This document shows positions 1 to 14,353 of a stretch of 64,000 bases of DNA, piece by piece. Position 1 is the stretch's first letter. Each line of letters opens with the position of its first letter. The position numbers and the translations under genes were made by a program. Below the pieces are notes generated by a model. It ran no database searches. It was given only the letters and a program-made list of their open reading frames with translations, and was not told the DNA's origin. Source of the DNA: Myxococcales bacterium (GTDB lineage: Bacteria; Myxococcota_A; Polyangia; Polyangiales; DASUME01); NCBI GenBank assembly GCA_047601445.1, contig JASGJH010000001.1, positions 960,001 to 1,024,000 of the forward strand. Reading direction: 5' to 3'.

Positions 1-126
1 CAGGGCGACACGGACGCGGCGCGCAAAGGGCTCAGCGAGGACGTCGTGCCGCGGCTGGAGCAGCTGGGGGCGTCGTCCCGAGAGGGTTGTCTGGTGGTAG
101 CGGGCGATCTCGAGGCGGTGCTGTGA
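1..126 (+). CDS. 3' end of a hypothetical protein (truncated by window edge)
   Basis: Open frame QGDTDAARKGLSEDVVPRLEQLG...EAVL* ending in TGA at 124-126, overlapping the next GTG (GTGA). Confidence 0.35.
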   Translation, partial: QGDTDAARKGLSEDVVPRLEQLGASSREGCLVVAGDLEAVL

Positions 127-479
127 GCCGGGCCAGCGAGCGCCAGAGGGCTGTCGGGGACGCCGAGGCGCGGTGGGCCCAGGGCAGGCGCGGGGAGGCC
201 GGCAGGGCGTTGTACGAGTCACTGCCCATGACCACGCGACCGCTCCGGGCACTTTCAACGCGACTGGCTTGCCAGCGCCTTGTGACCACAGCTCCGGGTG
301 GCGGCTCGCCGAGGCAGGGTGGCCAGTGGGGATTGGTCGAACGCCCTGGCTTGCGAGCGCGGCTCTGGAGGGCGCTGTTTGCGAAGAACCTGGTGCTCGG
401 GTCGACGATGTCCGGGCCAGAGGCCCAGGGGGCCCTGCGGACGGACTGGCTGCGTGCGCGGGTCTTCGGCGATCTCTGA
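123..479 (+). CDS. hypothetical protein, possibly degenerate
   Basis: GTG overlaps the upstream stop; ORF-track frame 87..479; no recognisable motif. Confidence 0.3.
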   Translation: MSRASERQRAVGDAEARWAQGRRGEAGRALYESLPMTTRPLRALSTRLACQRLVTTAPGGGSPRQGGQWGLVERPGLRARLWRALFAKNLVLGSTMSGPEAQGALRTDWLRARVFGDL

Positions 480-550
480 GGTCGGAGGTGTGAAGGCGTG
501 ACGGTCTGCGCGATCGCGCAGCCGGTGCTGAGCAGAGATCGCGGACGCGC

Positions 551-593
551 ACGACGACGAGGACGACGCCCTGGTTCCCGTCCTCGCCCTCGT
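551..593. repeat. imperfect inverted repeat (GACGA-rich, REP-like stem-loop)
   Basis: CGAGGACG (558-565) pairs with CGTCCTCG (579-586), with GACGAC/CTCG-type flanks; a perfect 16-bp palindrome CTGCGCGATCGCGCAG lies at 506-521. Confidence 0.5.
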
Positions 594-707
594 TTCGGTC
601 GCCGTGGACCGCGGAGGCTTAAAAGCCGAAAGCTCCTGCCGCCGCGAGGGATGGCAAGAGCTCTTGGTGCATTCGGATTAGGCCCAGACTTCCGAGTGCT
701 TTAGTAG

Positions 708-780
708 CGTCCCCAGAGGGATTCGAACCCTCGTCGTCGCCGTGAAAGGGCGATGTCCTGGGCCTCTAGACGATGGGGAC
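708..780 (-). tRNA. tRNA-Glu (anticodon TTC)
   Basis: Reverse complement GTCCCCA...TCGCC-CTTTCAC-GGCGA...GGTTCGAATCC...TGGGGAC-G forms a cloverleaf; followed by CTA rather than CCA. Confidence 0.97.
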
Positions 781-801
781 CTTCAGGACTTTGCGTTTAA
801 G

Positions 802-874
802 TGGGCCGTACAGGGATCGAACCTGTGACCGTCTGGTTAAAAGCCAGCTGCTCTACCGGCTGAGCTAACGGCCC
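802..874 (-). tRNA. tRNA-Lys (anticodon TTT)
   Basis: Reverse complement GGGCCGTTAGCTCAGCCGGTAGAGCA-GCTGG-CTTTTAA-CCAGA...GGTTCGATCC...ACGGCCC-A; CCA not encoded. Confidence 0.97.
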
Positions 875-900
875 CTGTTTGGCCCGCTTAAGGCCCGCCG

Positions 901-928
901 TTCCTAGCATTCCGAGCGGGGGCGTCAA
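901..928 (-). promoter_or_regulatory. sigma70-type promoter for the tRNA-Lys/tRNA-Glu pair
   Basis: Minus strand TTGACG-N16-TAGGAA with an extended -10 TG, followed by a GC-rich discriminator. Confidence 0.55.
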
Positions 929-1209
929 GAAATCCCCTGGCGACGCAACCCTTCGACACCCGTGCCCAAATGTCCTGAAGGTGTTGCCGTAGGCACACGC
1001 ACCTGTGTTTGACGCGCGTCAGGGTTGCGATCGGACAGCGTCCCAAGCTCGGAGGAGTCGCCAGCTCCTGATTGGCGATCACTCTTACAAACTAGGAGCG
1101 AGAAGCCTTCGTTCCACGTGTTTTCTGGGCTTGACGCCGCGCGTCAAACTCCGGTATTTGGAAAACCAATAGACGTCCACATGTCGGTAGGGGTATTCAG
1201 CAGTTCAAG

Positions 1210-1225
1210 CGGCACGCACCTTGCT
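1210..1225 (+). promoter_or_regulatory. sigma54 (-24/-12) promoter
   Basis: CGGCACGCACCTTGCT matches YGGCAC-N5-TTGCW. Confidence 0.7.
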
Positions 1226-1307
1226 GAAGCTTCCCGACAATCGGCACGAACCTCTACTTAGTTTGGAACTTAATCAGGCTCGCAGCGTTGCGATCCCGGG
1301 CTCGGAA

Positions 1308-1820
1308 ATGAGGCACCAACCCATGGCCACCAGCGCACAAGTCGCAATCATCCTGGCGCAAGCCGGAGTCGATGTAGACGCAGCCGCTTGCGTGGACCAG
1401 CTGCGCCTCGACGTTCCCAACACGGTGGTCATCCAGCAGCAGGTGGGAGAGAGCGTCTCCGCCCTGGGACAGCGCGTGCGCGGTCGTATCGCCCAGCTCG
1501 CCAACCAGAACTTCCGCCTGCACAGCGCCACGTTCCTCGCCCAGCGAGGCTTCGGGCTGGGCGACGTGTTGGCCACCGCGGATCTGCTGCGCGTGCTCAT
1601 CAGCAGCATGCTCGCCCTGGGAGCGGGTCAGGTGTGCCTGCAGCCCGAGACCTACGACCCCCATGCTCACGTGGCCTTGCGGGCCCTCGCGGACGCGCTG
1701 AGCGACCAGGTGCGGGGGACGGGCATCGAGATCGTCAGCCGGGCTGGTAGCCGCCCTTCGGTGCGTCCCCCCATGGCGAGCGAAGTGCCGCCGGCGCTCT
1801 CCGAAGCCGCCGTCGCCTGA
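1308..1820 (+). CDS. hypothetical protein
   Basis: GC3-rich ORF; the track's TTG at 1221 lies inside the sigma54 motif, so ATG 1308 (or 1323) is preferred. Confidence 0.65.
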   Translation: MRHQPMATSAQVAIILAQAGVDVDAAACVDQLRLDVPNTVVIQQQVGESVSALGQRVRGRIAQLANQNFRLHSATFLAQRGFGLGDVLATADLLRVLISSMLALGAGQVCLQPETYDPHAHVALRALADALSDQVRGTGIEIVSRAGSRPSVRPPMASEVPPALSEAAVA

Positions 1821-2013
1821 ACGCTCACTGCGCGATGCTCGGTCGCTCGAGCCCGCGCTGCGCGATGCCCTTGCCGTCCTGAACCAGGACGGATCCTTGG
1901 GCCCCCTGGCGTCCCGTTCTGCGCACGCACGGCAAACGAGACAAAGGCCCGCCTTCGGGGCCGTGCCCTGCGTGCTACAAGCAGCCCCCGGCCCTTTGCG
2001 GCCCGACGAACCC

Positions 2014-3601
<1,588 letters not shown>

Positions 3602-3729
3602 GGCCGTCTGACGCGGCGCGGCAAGAGTGCGTGTCCTGCCCATGACGCACGTTTCGCCGCTTTTGACGACGGGCTAGGCTGGGGCCAGCCACGCAAGAGT
3701 CGGCAGGATCGGCTCTCGGAGGACAGCTC

Positions 3730-4710
3730 ATGCGAAACGCCACGCTCAAAGCCCTTTTCCTCGGCCTCTGGCTCACGGCTGGATGTCAGCTCCTGGTGGA
3801 CCCCGACCCGAAGGAGATCGGGCAAACGGGCGCGGTCGCCGACGCGTGCAAGGACCTCACGTGCAAAGAGGGCACGCACTGCGCGCTGACTCAGGTGCAG
3901 TGCGTCAAGGAGCCGTGCGACCCCGTGGCTCAGTGCATTTCGGACGACCTCGGACCGAAGCCGGTCGGGGATGGCGATCAAGACGACGCCAGCGCGAGCG
4001 GGCAAGCCTGCGGTAAGGCCACCTGTGCCGAAGGGACCGTCTGTTGCAACGCCAGCTGCGGCATCTGCACGAAGCCCGGTCAGGTCTGTACGCAAGTGGC
4101 GTGTGGTGACGAGCCTGCCAAGCCCACCTGCGCGGCCACGACCTGTCCCACCGGCACCGACTGCGTGGAGGGGCCGAACGGGGCCGAGTGCAAGAAGCCC
4201 GAGGCCACGAGCTGCGCCACGGTGCTCTGCGCGCCGAACACCTACTGCGATGACATCGCTGGCCAGGCCAAGTGCATCCCGTTGCCGAGCTGCGAGGGGA
4301 CGAGCTGCGAGAAGGGCACGCACTGCGAGCTCAACCAGGTGACGTGCATCCGCGCGCCCTGTCCGCCGCAGCCCACCTGCGTGGTCGATGAGGACCCCTG
4401 CGCCCTCGCGGACTGCGCGAGTGGAAGCGCCTGCACGGTGGTCGACGGCAAGGCCGTCTGCCAGTCCGAGTGTCAGAACCCGTGCCTCACCGCCAAGTGC
4501 AACAAGAGCACGCACTGCGAGGCCAAGGAGGTTCAGTGCATCAAGGCTCCCTGCTGCCCCGTGGCCGCGTGCGTATCCAACACCGGGCCGAGCAAGGCTT
4601 GCGGTGACAACACGTGTTCCGCGGGTACCTATTGCTGCAACGAGAGCTGCGGCACGTGCGCGCCCATCGGCGGTGCCTGCACGCAGCAGATTTGCAGCCG
4701 GCAGAACTGA
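3730..4710 (+). CDS. Cys-rich modular lipoprotein
   Basis: GGAGG RBS; lipobox LTAG-C; repeated CCNxSC, QC(I/V)xxPC and 4-Cys modules. Confidence 0.85.
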   Translation: MRNATLKALFLGLWLTAGCQLLVDPDPKEIGQTGAVADACKDLTCKEGTHCALTQVQCVKEPCDPVAQCISDDLGPKPVGDGDQDDASASGQACGKATCAEGTVCCNASCGICTKPGQVCTQVACGDEPAKPTCAATTCPTGTDCVEGPNGAECKKPEATSCATVLCAPNTYCDDIAGQAKCIPLPSCEGTSCEKGTHCELNQVTCIRAPCPPQPTCVVDEDPCALADCASGSACTVVDGKAVCQSECQNPCLTAKCNKSTHCEAKEVQCIKAPCCPVAACVSNTGPSKACGDNTCSAGTYCCNESCGTCAPIGGACTQQICSRQN

Positions 4711-4743
4711 CTTTTGCCGCGTTGCTGGTACAGCGGGGCGAAC

Positions 4744-5361
4744 ATGACTCACATTCCGGGAAAGCTGGCGTTTGGGCTGTGCGCGGTGATGGGTGCTCTC
4801 ACGGGCTGTCACAAGTCGACGGCGCCGGCCGCCACGCCCGCGGGCGAAGCGACGCAAGGAGTCGAGGATGCGGGCCCGCCCGAGGGACCGGCCTGCGGCA
4901 AGCTCAACTGTGCGCCGGGGGAGGTCTGCTGCAACGCGAGCTGCAGCATCTGCACGCCGCCCGATGGCATGTGCACGCAGCAGATCTGTGAGGAGGACGC
5001 GCCGAGCGCGGTACCGGGTGGCCAGGGTGGCAACTCGCCAGCCCCCGGGGAAACGCCACCCGCCAGCGGTGCCGTGAACGGCGAGCCGGTGGACGAGAGC
5101 AAGCCGAGTTGTGCCAACGTGCGCTGCGCGGCGGGCACCCATTGCGAGATGGTGCAGGTGCAGTGCGTCCGCGCTCCCTGTGATCCGCAGCCCCAGTGTC
5201 GGCCGGACACGGCGCCAACGCAGGGCGGCGCGGGCGTAAGCTGCGGCAAGAACACGTGTGCGCCCGGGCAGACCTGCTGCAACGCGAGCTGCGGTATCTG
5301 CACCGACCCGGGAAAGGGCTGCATCAAGATGTTCTGCCAGGACGGGCAGCTCCCGCACTGA
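4744..5361 (+). CDS. Cys-rich modular lipoprotein (paralogue of upstream gene)
   Basis: Lipobox LTG-C; two CCNASC modules flanking one VQCVRAPC module, with Pro/Gly linkers. Confidence 0.85.
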   Translation: MTHIPGKLAFGLCAVMGALTGCHKSTAPAATPAGEATQGVEDAGPPEGPACGKLNCAPGEVCCNASCSICTPPDGMCTQQICEEDAPSAVPGGQGGNSPAPGETPPASGAVNGEPVDESKPSCANVRCAAGTHCEMVQVQCVRAPCDPQPQCRPDTAPTQGGAGVSCGKNTCAPGQTCCNASCGICTDPGKGCIKMFCQDGQLPH

Positions 5362-5399
5362 AGCAGCTCGCCGTCAGGGGCCGCTCAATCCGATGAGGC

Positions 5400-6949
5400 T
5401 TACCTGAGCTGCTCGATGGTGCCGCACACCGAAAGCAGCTGGGCCCGCGCGATGTCGTAGTCGCGTGAGGCTTCGATGCGGCTGCGCCGCGCGTTCTGCT
5501 CGAGCTCCTCGGCGTCGAGCAACTCGAGCAAGGTGCTCACGCCCGCGCGGTAGCGCTCGTTTTGCGCCTGACGCGTGGTGGTGGCGGCGGCCAATGTCTC
5601 GGTGGCCCGGTCGAGCTGCGCCTTGGCGATTTGGGCTCCATAGAGAGCCTCGGCGACCTGGGCCTTGAGCTGCAGTAAGGTGGTCTCGAAGACCTTCTGG
5701 GCCTCGATCACCGCGGCGCTCGTGACCTTGGCGCGTCGCCACACGCCGACATCGAGGGCCGACCAGCGCATGTACAAGAAGGCACTGCCGTTGATCTGAC
5801 CGCCGTCGATGCCTTTGCCCTCTTTCACGTCGGTGTACGAGAGCGACCCGGTGCCGCTCGCACCGAACACGGGCAAGCGCATGCCCACCGCGGAGCGATG
5901 GTTGGCTTGGCTCGCGGCAACCGCGGACTCCGCCTGCTTCACCTCGGGTCGATGGCCGACCGCGAGCTCGGTGGCATCTCTGAGCGTATTGGGCGCCACG
6001 AACGGATCATGCTCGAGCACCACGGGTTGCATCGGGGAGGCTGGATCTTCACCCAACGCGGAGGCCAGCGAGGCCATCGCCGCCTGGTGTTCGATGGTGC
6101 GGATGTCCAGCATGTGCCGGGCGGCCACCGCCTCGATCTCGGCTCGCTGCGCGTCCACTGCAGGCCGCACGCCCGCGCGCACGAGAGCTGCGATGGACTT
6201 CAGCTGGTCGGTGCGTCGCTCGGAGGAGAGCCGTGCGTCGTCGATCAGGAGCTGCGCCGAGAGTCCACGGACGTAGAGTTGGACGGCGGCCTGAATGGCG
6301 GTGCGTTGCGCACTGGCGGCGGCAAAAGCCTGCTGCTGCTTCTGAGCACTGGCGGAGTCGATCGCGCCACCGCGCGAGAAGTCGACCAGCGTCCAATCGA
6401 CGGTCGCGTTGCCCACGGCGTTCAGCGAGGAGTTTTTGACGCGGATGTTGCGCGTGCTCTCCTGGATGTTCTTCGGATCGCCGGACTGATTCAGGTAGTT
6501 GGCGAAGGTCTCGAGGTTTTGAACTCGATCCTGGAGCGTCAGGCTGCCGCCTGTGGGGGCCTCGATGAACGACGGCGCCATCAACGTGGAGGTCTGCTCG
6601 GTGATCAAGTACGGATAGTTGTTGTACAGGTAGCCAGCCTGCGCGCCGACGCTCACGCGCGGCAGGTAGGCCGCCTTGGCCATATGCTCCTGCGCCTGGA
6701 AGCGTTGCAGCGTGGCCAGCGCGGCCAGCACCGCGGGCGGATTGGTCCGTGCGCGCGCGATCACCTCGGCCAACGTCACCGGGCGGCCCTTGGGCAGCGG
6801 ACGCTCGGCGGGTGTTTCCTCGACCGTTGGCTCCGGCTCCTGAGCGTGCGAGCTAGCCGGGGCCACCAAGGCCGAGCAGGACAACAGCGAGGTCACGAAC
6901 CCCGCGTGGGTCCGGGAGAGCGCGCGCCGACGCGCGCGAGCCAACGCTT

Positions 6950-6953
<4 letters not shown>
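5400..6953 (-). CDS. TolC-family outer membrane efflux protein
   Basis: Signal peptide; duplicated OEP halves (AAYLPRVS; RYRAGVSTLLELLDAE); ATGA overlap with dnaE stop. Confidence 0.85.
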
Positions 6954-10558
<3,605 letters not shown>

Positions 10559-10876
10559 CGGTTCAGAGGTCTCCCGCGCGGAGGCCCATGGTGCACCGGC
10601 GTCCCCCCGGCTTCAATGCGAAGCTACAGCACCGGCCAGGGACGTCGGTGCCGGCGGGAAGGTTCGCGGCCAAGGGGGTGAGCAGGCGCTTCACGGAGCG
10701 AGCGGGCCCTGCAAATCGAGCTTAGTTGCTAGGGGTAGGGGCCCATGCTAACTACCGCGGCCCAAACGCGGACCACCAGTCCGTGGGGCACACACGGTTC
10801 TCGCGCGCTCACGGCGCGCTGCTCAGAGAAGGCTCGCGCGCCTACAGCGCGCTTGGACACAGGTTTGGAGAACGTC

Positions 10877-11215
10877 ATGACCACGAAGTCGCCGCTCGCC
10901 CTCGTCAAAGAGCGCTTTCAGGACAAGGAAGGCCTCCTGAAGGCCGTGAAGGAACTGGCCACGGAAGACCTGTGGGCCGACCGCGTCGACGGGGACAAGG
11001 GCCTCGACTGCGTCTCGAACAAGAAGCTGCTGCGCCTCCACAGCGTGCTCAGCGAGGTAAAGAAGAGCTTCGGCAGCCGCGCCAAGCTCATCGACGCCAT
11101 CGCGACCCAGGAGAAGCGCACCAAGGACGAGGGCTACAAGGCCCGCCTCGCTCGCTTCAGCACGCCCCGCCTGTTCGACGAATACAAGGCCGGAAAGAAG
11201 CGCGCCGCCAACTGA
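10877..11215 (+). CDS. small basic (Lys/Arg-rich) hypothetical protein
   Basis: GGAG RBS, strong GC3 codon usage, 112 aa. Confidence 0.75.
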   Translation: MTTKSPLALVKERFQDKEGLLKAVKELATEDLWADRVDGDKGLDCVSNKKLLRLHSVLSEVKKSFGSRAKLIDAIATQEKRTKDEGYKARLARFSTPRLFDEYKAGKKRAAN

Positions 11216-11353
11216 GCGCCGCTGCCTTTCTGCAGTGAGCAGCGCTGCCGACCTCGCGGCCGGCGGCGTTTCTTCATTTAGGGCTCGTGAGGAGAGGCGC
11301 GAAAGTGTTCCAGGGACGCCGGCACCCAGGGGGGCGCCGCGAGCCCCGAAGGC

Positions 11354-12022
11354 TCACTCCTCTTGGGCCCACTTCACCGGCTTGAACCAGCGCACGATGA
11401 AGTAAGCATCGAGCAGCACGAAGCCCAAGCAGAACAGGCCCACCAGCCACGTCCATAGATAGGCGCTCGGCTGTTCGTCCACCAGCAGCATGAAGGACTC
11501 GCCCGTGACGGGGAGACCCGCATCTTCCTGCATGCTCTTGGCGAGATCGGCGTAGCGACCCCCGAGATCTTCGAAGCTCACCAGGCGCCCGCTGAACTCC
11601 GAACGCACGAAGCTCTCGCCCCCGTGCTCCTCGATCTGCACGTAGACCTGGCGCTGACCGGACAGCGGAAACACTCGGTACTGCGTGCCGAGCCCACGCG
11701 AGAAGCGCACCGCTCGCGCCACGGTTGGAATGCCTTCCAAGTGCACGTAGCTATTGGACTCGAGGCTGCTCAGATCGAGCTGCCGGGCATCCCCGAGATC
11801 GCGCGGCTGGGTGCGAGCCAGCGCGTAGCTCATGTCGCCGAACAGCGAGACCACCAGGGCCAAGGCGGCTACCACGGCCGCTGCCATCACGGTCACGGTC
11901 ACCACGCGTTGGGTCTGCGGCGGCGCATTCAGCGCGACCAACTCCTGATCGAGCTCCGCCCCCCCGCCTTCGGAGGGGGTAGAACCGAGATCCGCTGGCG
12001 CTGTTCGACCTGCGTGGCTCAC
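11354..12022 (-). CDS. hypothetical membrane protein (two TM segments)
   Basis: Hydrophobic segments near both ends flanking a soluble domain; codon bias. Confidence 0.7.
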   Translation of the reverse strand: MSHAGRTAPADLGSTPSEGGGAELDQELVALNAPPQTQRVVTVTVMAAAVVAALALVVSLFGDMSYALARTQPRDLGDARQLDLSSLESNSYVHLEGIPTVARAVRFSRGLGTQYRVFPLSGQRQVYVQIEEHGGESFVRSEFSGRLVSFEDLGGRYADLAKSMQEDAGLPVTGESFMLLVDEQPSAYLWTWLVGLFCLGFVLLDAYFIVRWFKPVKWAQEE

Positions 12023-12153
12023 CGTACTTCTGACAACCTCGCTGCCGTCAGGTTCTCAGATTTTCACTAGAAATGTGTGAGCCGTGTCCGGTGGGTTCAG
12101 GCCAGGCGCCCCGCCTGAGCGCGGAGGATATGCCCAGCTCCTGGAGCAGTGAC

Positions 12154-13101
12154 CTAAAAGGCCACCCGTTCCGCGATCCAACTCGCAATTTGCTCCCCAA
12201 AGAAGAGGTACTCGATGGCCGACAGCGCCAGCATGGGTCCGAACACCATCATCGGTGGGCCGCTCTGGGGGGCCTCTTCCGTGGCCTGGTTGGGCTCCTC
12301 GGAGCTCGCCTCGGAGGCCTGGTTGGCCGGCTGATCCTGCTCGTCGGGCCGCTGAGGTATCAGTGGAACACCGAGTATCATGGCGACACCCGCCGCCAAG
12401 AGCCCCTGAAAGCTGCCGGCGACCAGGACGAACAGCACCGACTGCCAGCCCAGAAAGGCTCCGATCATGAGGAGGAGCTTGGCGTCGCCTTCGCCCATGC
12501 CGCGACGTCCGGTGATCAGTTCGTAGCCCCACACGAAGGCGAGCTGAACGATGAGAAAGCCGACCCCGGCCCCGACCGCCGCTTCGAGCGCCCCGGGGTG
12601 ATTGCGGAAGCCCGCGGTGGCGAGACCCAGGGCGGCCCCGGGCAGGGAGACCTCGTCCGGGATCTCCATCCATTCGAGGTCGACGAAGGTCGCGATCACC
12701 AGGCCGCCGACAAAGATGAAGTAGAGGACGCTCTCGAGCGTGGCGAACAGCGCGCTGGTCCCCTCCGGAGCAGACACGAAGAAACGCTCCGCCACCGCCA
12801 TCCCGAGGACTCCGGTAAGCAGCTCGACCAGGACGTAGCGGGGGGTCATCGGGGCGCCGCAACAGGCCGCCCGTCCGCGCAGCGCGATGTAACCGACGAT
12901 CGGCACATTCAGGTACCAGCGCACGGGGGCGCCACAGGCCGGGCAGTGGCTGGGGGGCTTCACCACCGACATGCCGCGTGGCCAGCGATAGATCGCGACG
13001 TTGAAGAAGCTGCCCCACAGGGCCCCGCCCACGAAGGCGGCGAGTCGAATGAGCCAGGCGGGCAACTCGGCGGCGGCGATGACTTCGGGGCCAGGGAGCA
13101 C
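12154..13101 (-). CDS. pilD: type IV prepilin peptidase/N-methyltransferase
   Basis: GSFFNVAIYRWP, SHCPACG, ACCG, FVDLE, GMGEGDAKL and FGP motifs. Confidence 0.92.
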   Translation of the reverse strand: MLPGPEVIAAAELPAWLIRLAAFVGGALWGSFFNVAIYRWPRGMSVVKPPSHCPACGAPVRWYLNVPIVGYIALRGRAACCGAPMTPRYVLVELLTGVLGMAVAERFFVSAPEGTSALFATLESVLYFIFVGGLVIATFVDLEWMEIPDEVSLPGAALGLATAGFRNHPGALEAAVGAGVGFLIVQLAFVWGYELITGRRGMGEGDAKLLLMIGAFLGWQSVLFVLVAGSFQGLLAAGVAMILGVPLIPQRPDEQDQPANQASEASSEEPNQATEEAPQSGPPMMVFGPMLALSAIEYLFFGEQIASWIAERVAF

Positions 13102-13191
13102 GCCGCGAGTCTAGCCGAACACCGCGCGATCGCGCAGGAATGCTCAGAATGCTAGGAAGGGCCCGCATCCGCCCGGTCGGAGCGAGGCACC

Positions 13192-14295
13192 ATGAGCGAG
13201 ATCCAACCCAGAGAAGAGCTGACCGACGTACGACGTGTGGTCGTGAAGATCGGCACCAAGTCGATCACGGCGGGCCAGACAGGTCGTTTTGGTGAGGTCG
13301 CGGCGCAGGCTGCCGAGCTGCGCGCGGGCGGGCGGCAGCTGGTGCTGGTGTCCTCGGGCGCCATCGCGCTGGGCTTTCCGCGTCTCGGTTTGAAGACTCG
13401 GCCGACCCAGATGGCGGAGCTGCAGGCCAGCGCGGCGGCCGGCCAGTCGCGTTTGATGCACGCCTATGAAGTGGCCTTCGCCCCGTACGGCATCGAGGTG
13501 GCGCAGATCCTGTTGACCCACGACGGCATCAGCAACCGCGACCTCTATCTGAACGCGCGGGCGGCCATCGACGCGCTCCTGCAGTACGGCTGCGTTCCCA
13601 TCATCAACGAGAACGACACGGTCGCCGTCGAAGAGATCCGCTTCGGAGACAACGACCAACTCGCCGCCATGGTGGCCACCCTGGTAGGCGCCGACTTGCT
13701 GGTGCTCCTGACCGACGTGGAGGGCCTGCTGGACGGCGACGGCAAGCGCATCGAGACGGTGCGCAGCGTGGAAGAAGTGAAGAGCCTGGTGCGCCCCCAT
13801 GAAGCGGGCGGCCTGAGCTTGGGCGGCATGGAGAGCAAGCTGGAGGCCGCCCGGCGTGCCAGCCTGCGAGGTCTGCCGGTGGTGATTGCGGACGCTCGGG
13901 ATCCCCAGGTGGTCTCGAAGATTTTGCGCGGCGAGAACGTGGGGACGTTGGTGTTGCCCCAGGGCTCACGCCTGGCCAGTCGCAAGCACTGGATCGCCTA
14001 TGCCCTCAAGGCGCGCGGGGCCGTGCTGGTGGACGAGGGGTGCGCGCACGCCCTGCGCACGAAGCAGAGCAGCTTGCTGCCGGCCGGGGTCGTGGGGGTG
14101 CGGGGCGACTTCGCCCAGGGCGACCCAGTGAGCATCCTGGGACCCGACGGGAAGGAGCTCGGACGGGGGCTCGCGCGCTACGCGATGCTCGACGTGGCCC
14201 GCCTGGCCGGCGCCAAGGCCAGCGAAATTGAAGCCAGAATCGGCCACTACGTGGGGGACGCCGTGGTCCACCGCGACGACCTCGTGGTGCTCTGA
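13192..14295 (+). CDS. proB: glutamate 5-kinase with PUA domain
   Basis: VVVKIGT, VSSGAI, INENDTV, GDNDQL, GGMESKL; ends VHRDDLVVL. Confidence 0.96.
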   Translation: MSEIQPREELTDVRRVVVKIGTKSITAGQTGRFGEVAAQAAELRAGGRQLVLVSSGAIALGFPRLGLKTRPTQMAELQASAAAGQSRLMHAYEVAFAPYGIEVAQILLTHDGISNRDLYLNARAAIDALLQYGCVPIINENDTVAVEEIRFGDNDQLAAMVATLVGADLLVLLTDVEGLLDGDGKRIETVRSVEEVKSLVRPHEAGGLSLGGMESKLEAARRASLRGLPVVIADARDPQVVSKILRGENVGTLVLPQGSRLASRKHWIAYALKARGAVLVDEGCAHALRTKQSSLLPAGVVGVRGDFAQGDPVSILGPDGKELGRGLARYAMLDVARLAGAKASEIEARIGHYVGDAVVHRDDLVVL

Positions 14296-14353
14296 ACGCG
14301 GCCGAAATGCTAGGTTCCTGGGAAACCGCGCCGGCGCGCGCGTGAGCAAGAAG

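Noticed and set aside
1..704. Prophage or genomic island at the tRNA-Glu 3' end
   Set aside because: No integrase, att duplication or phage gene is visible within the window.
3730..5361. Repeated DNA words (e.g. tgctgcaacgcgagctgc) as a CRISPR or DGR-like array
   Set aside because: They are in-frame protein module repeats with synonymous variation and irregular spacing; no cas or reverse transcriptase gene is present.
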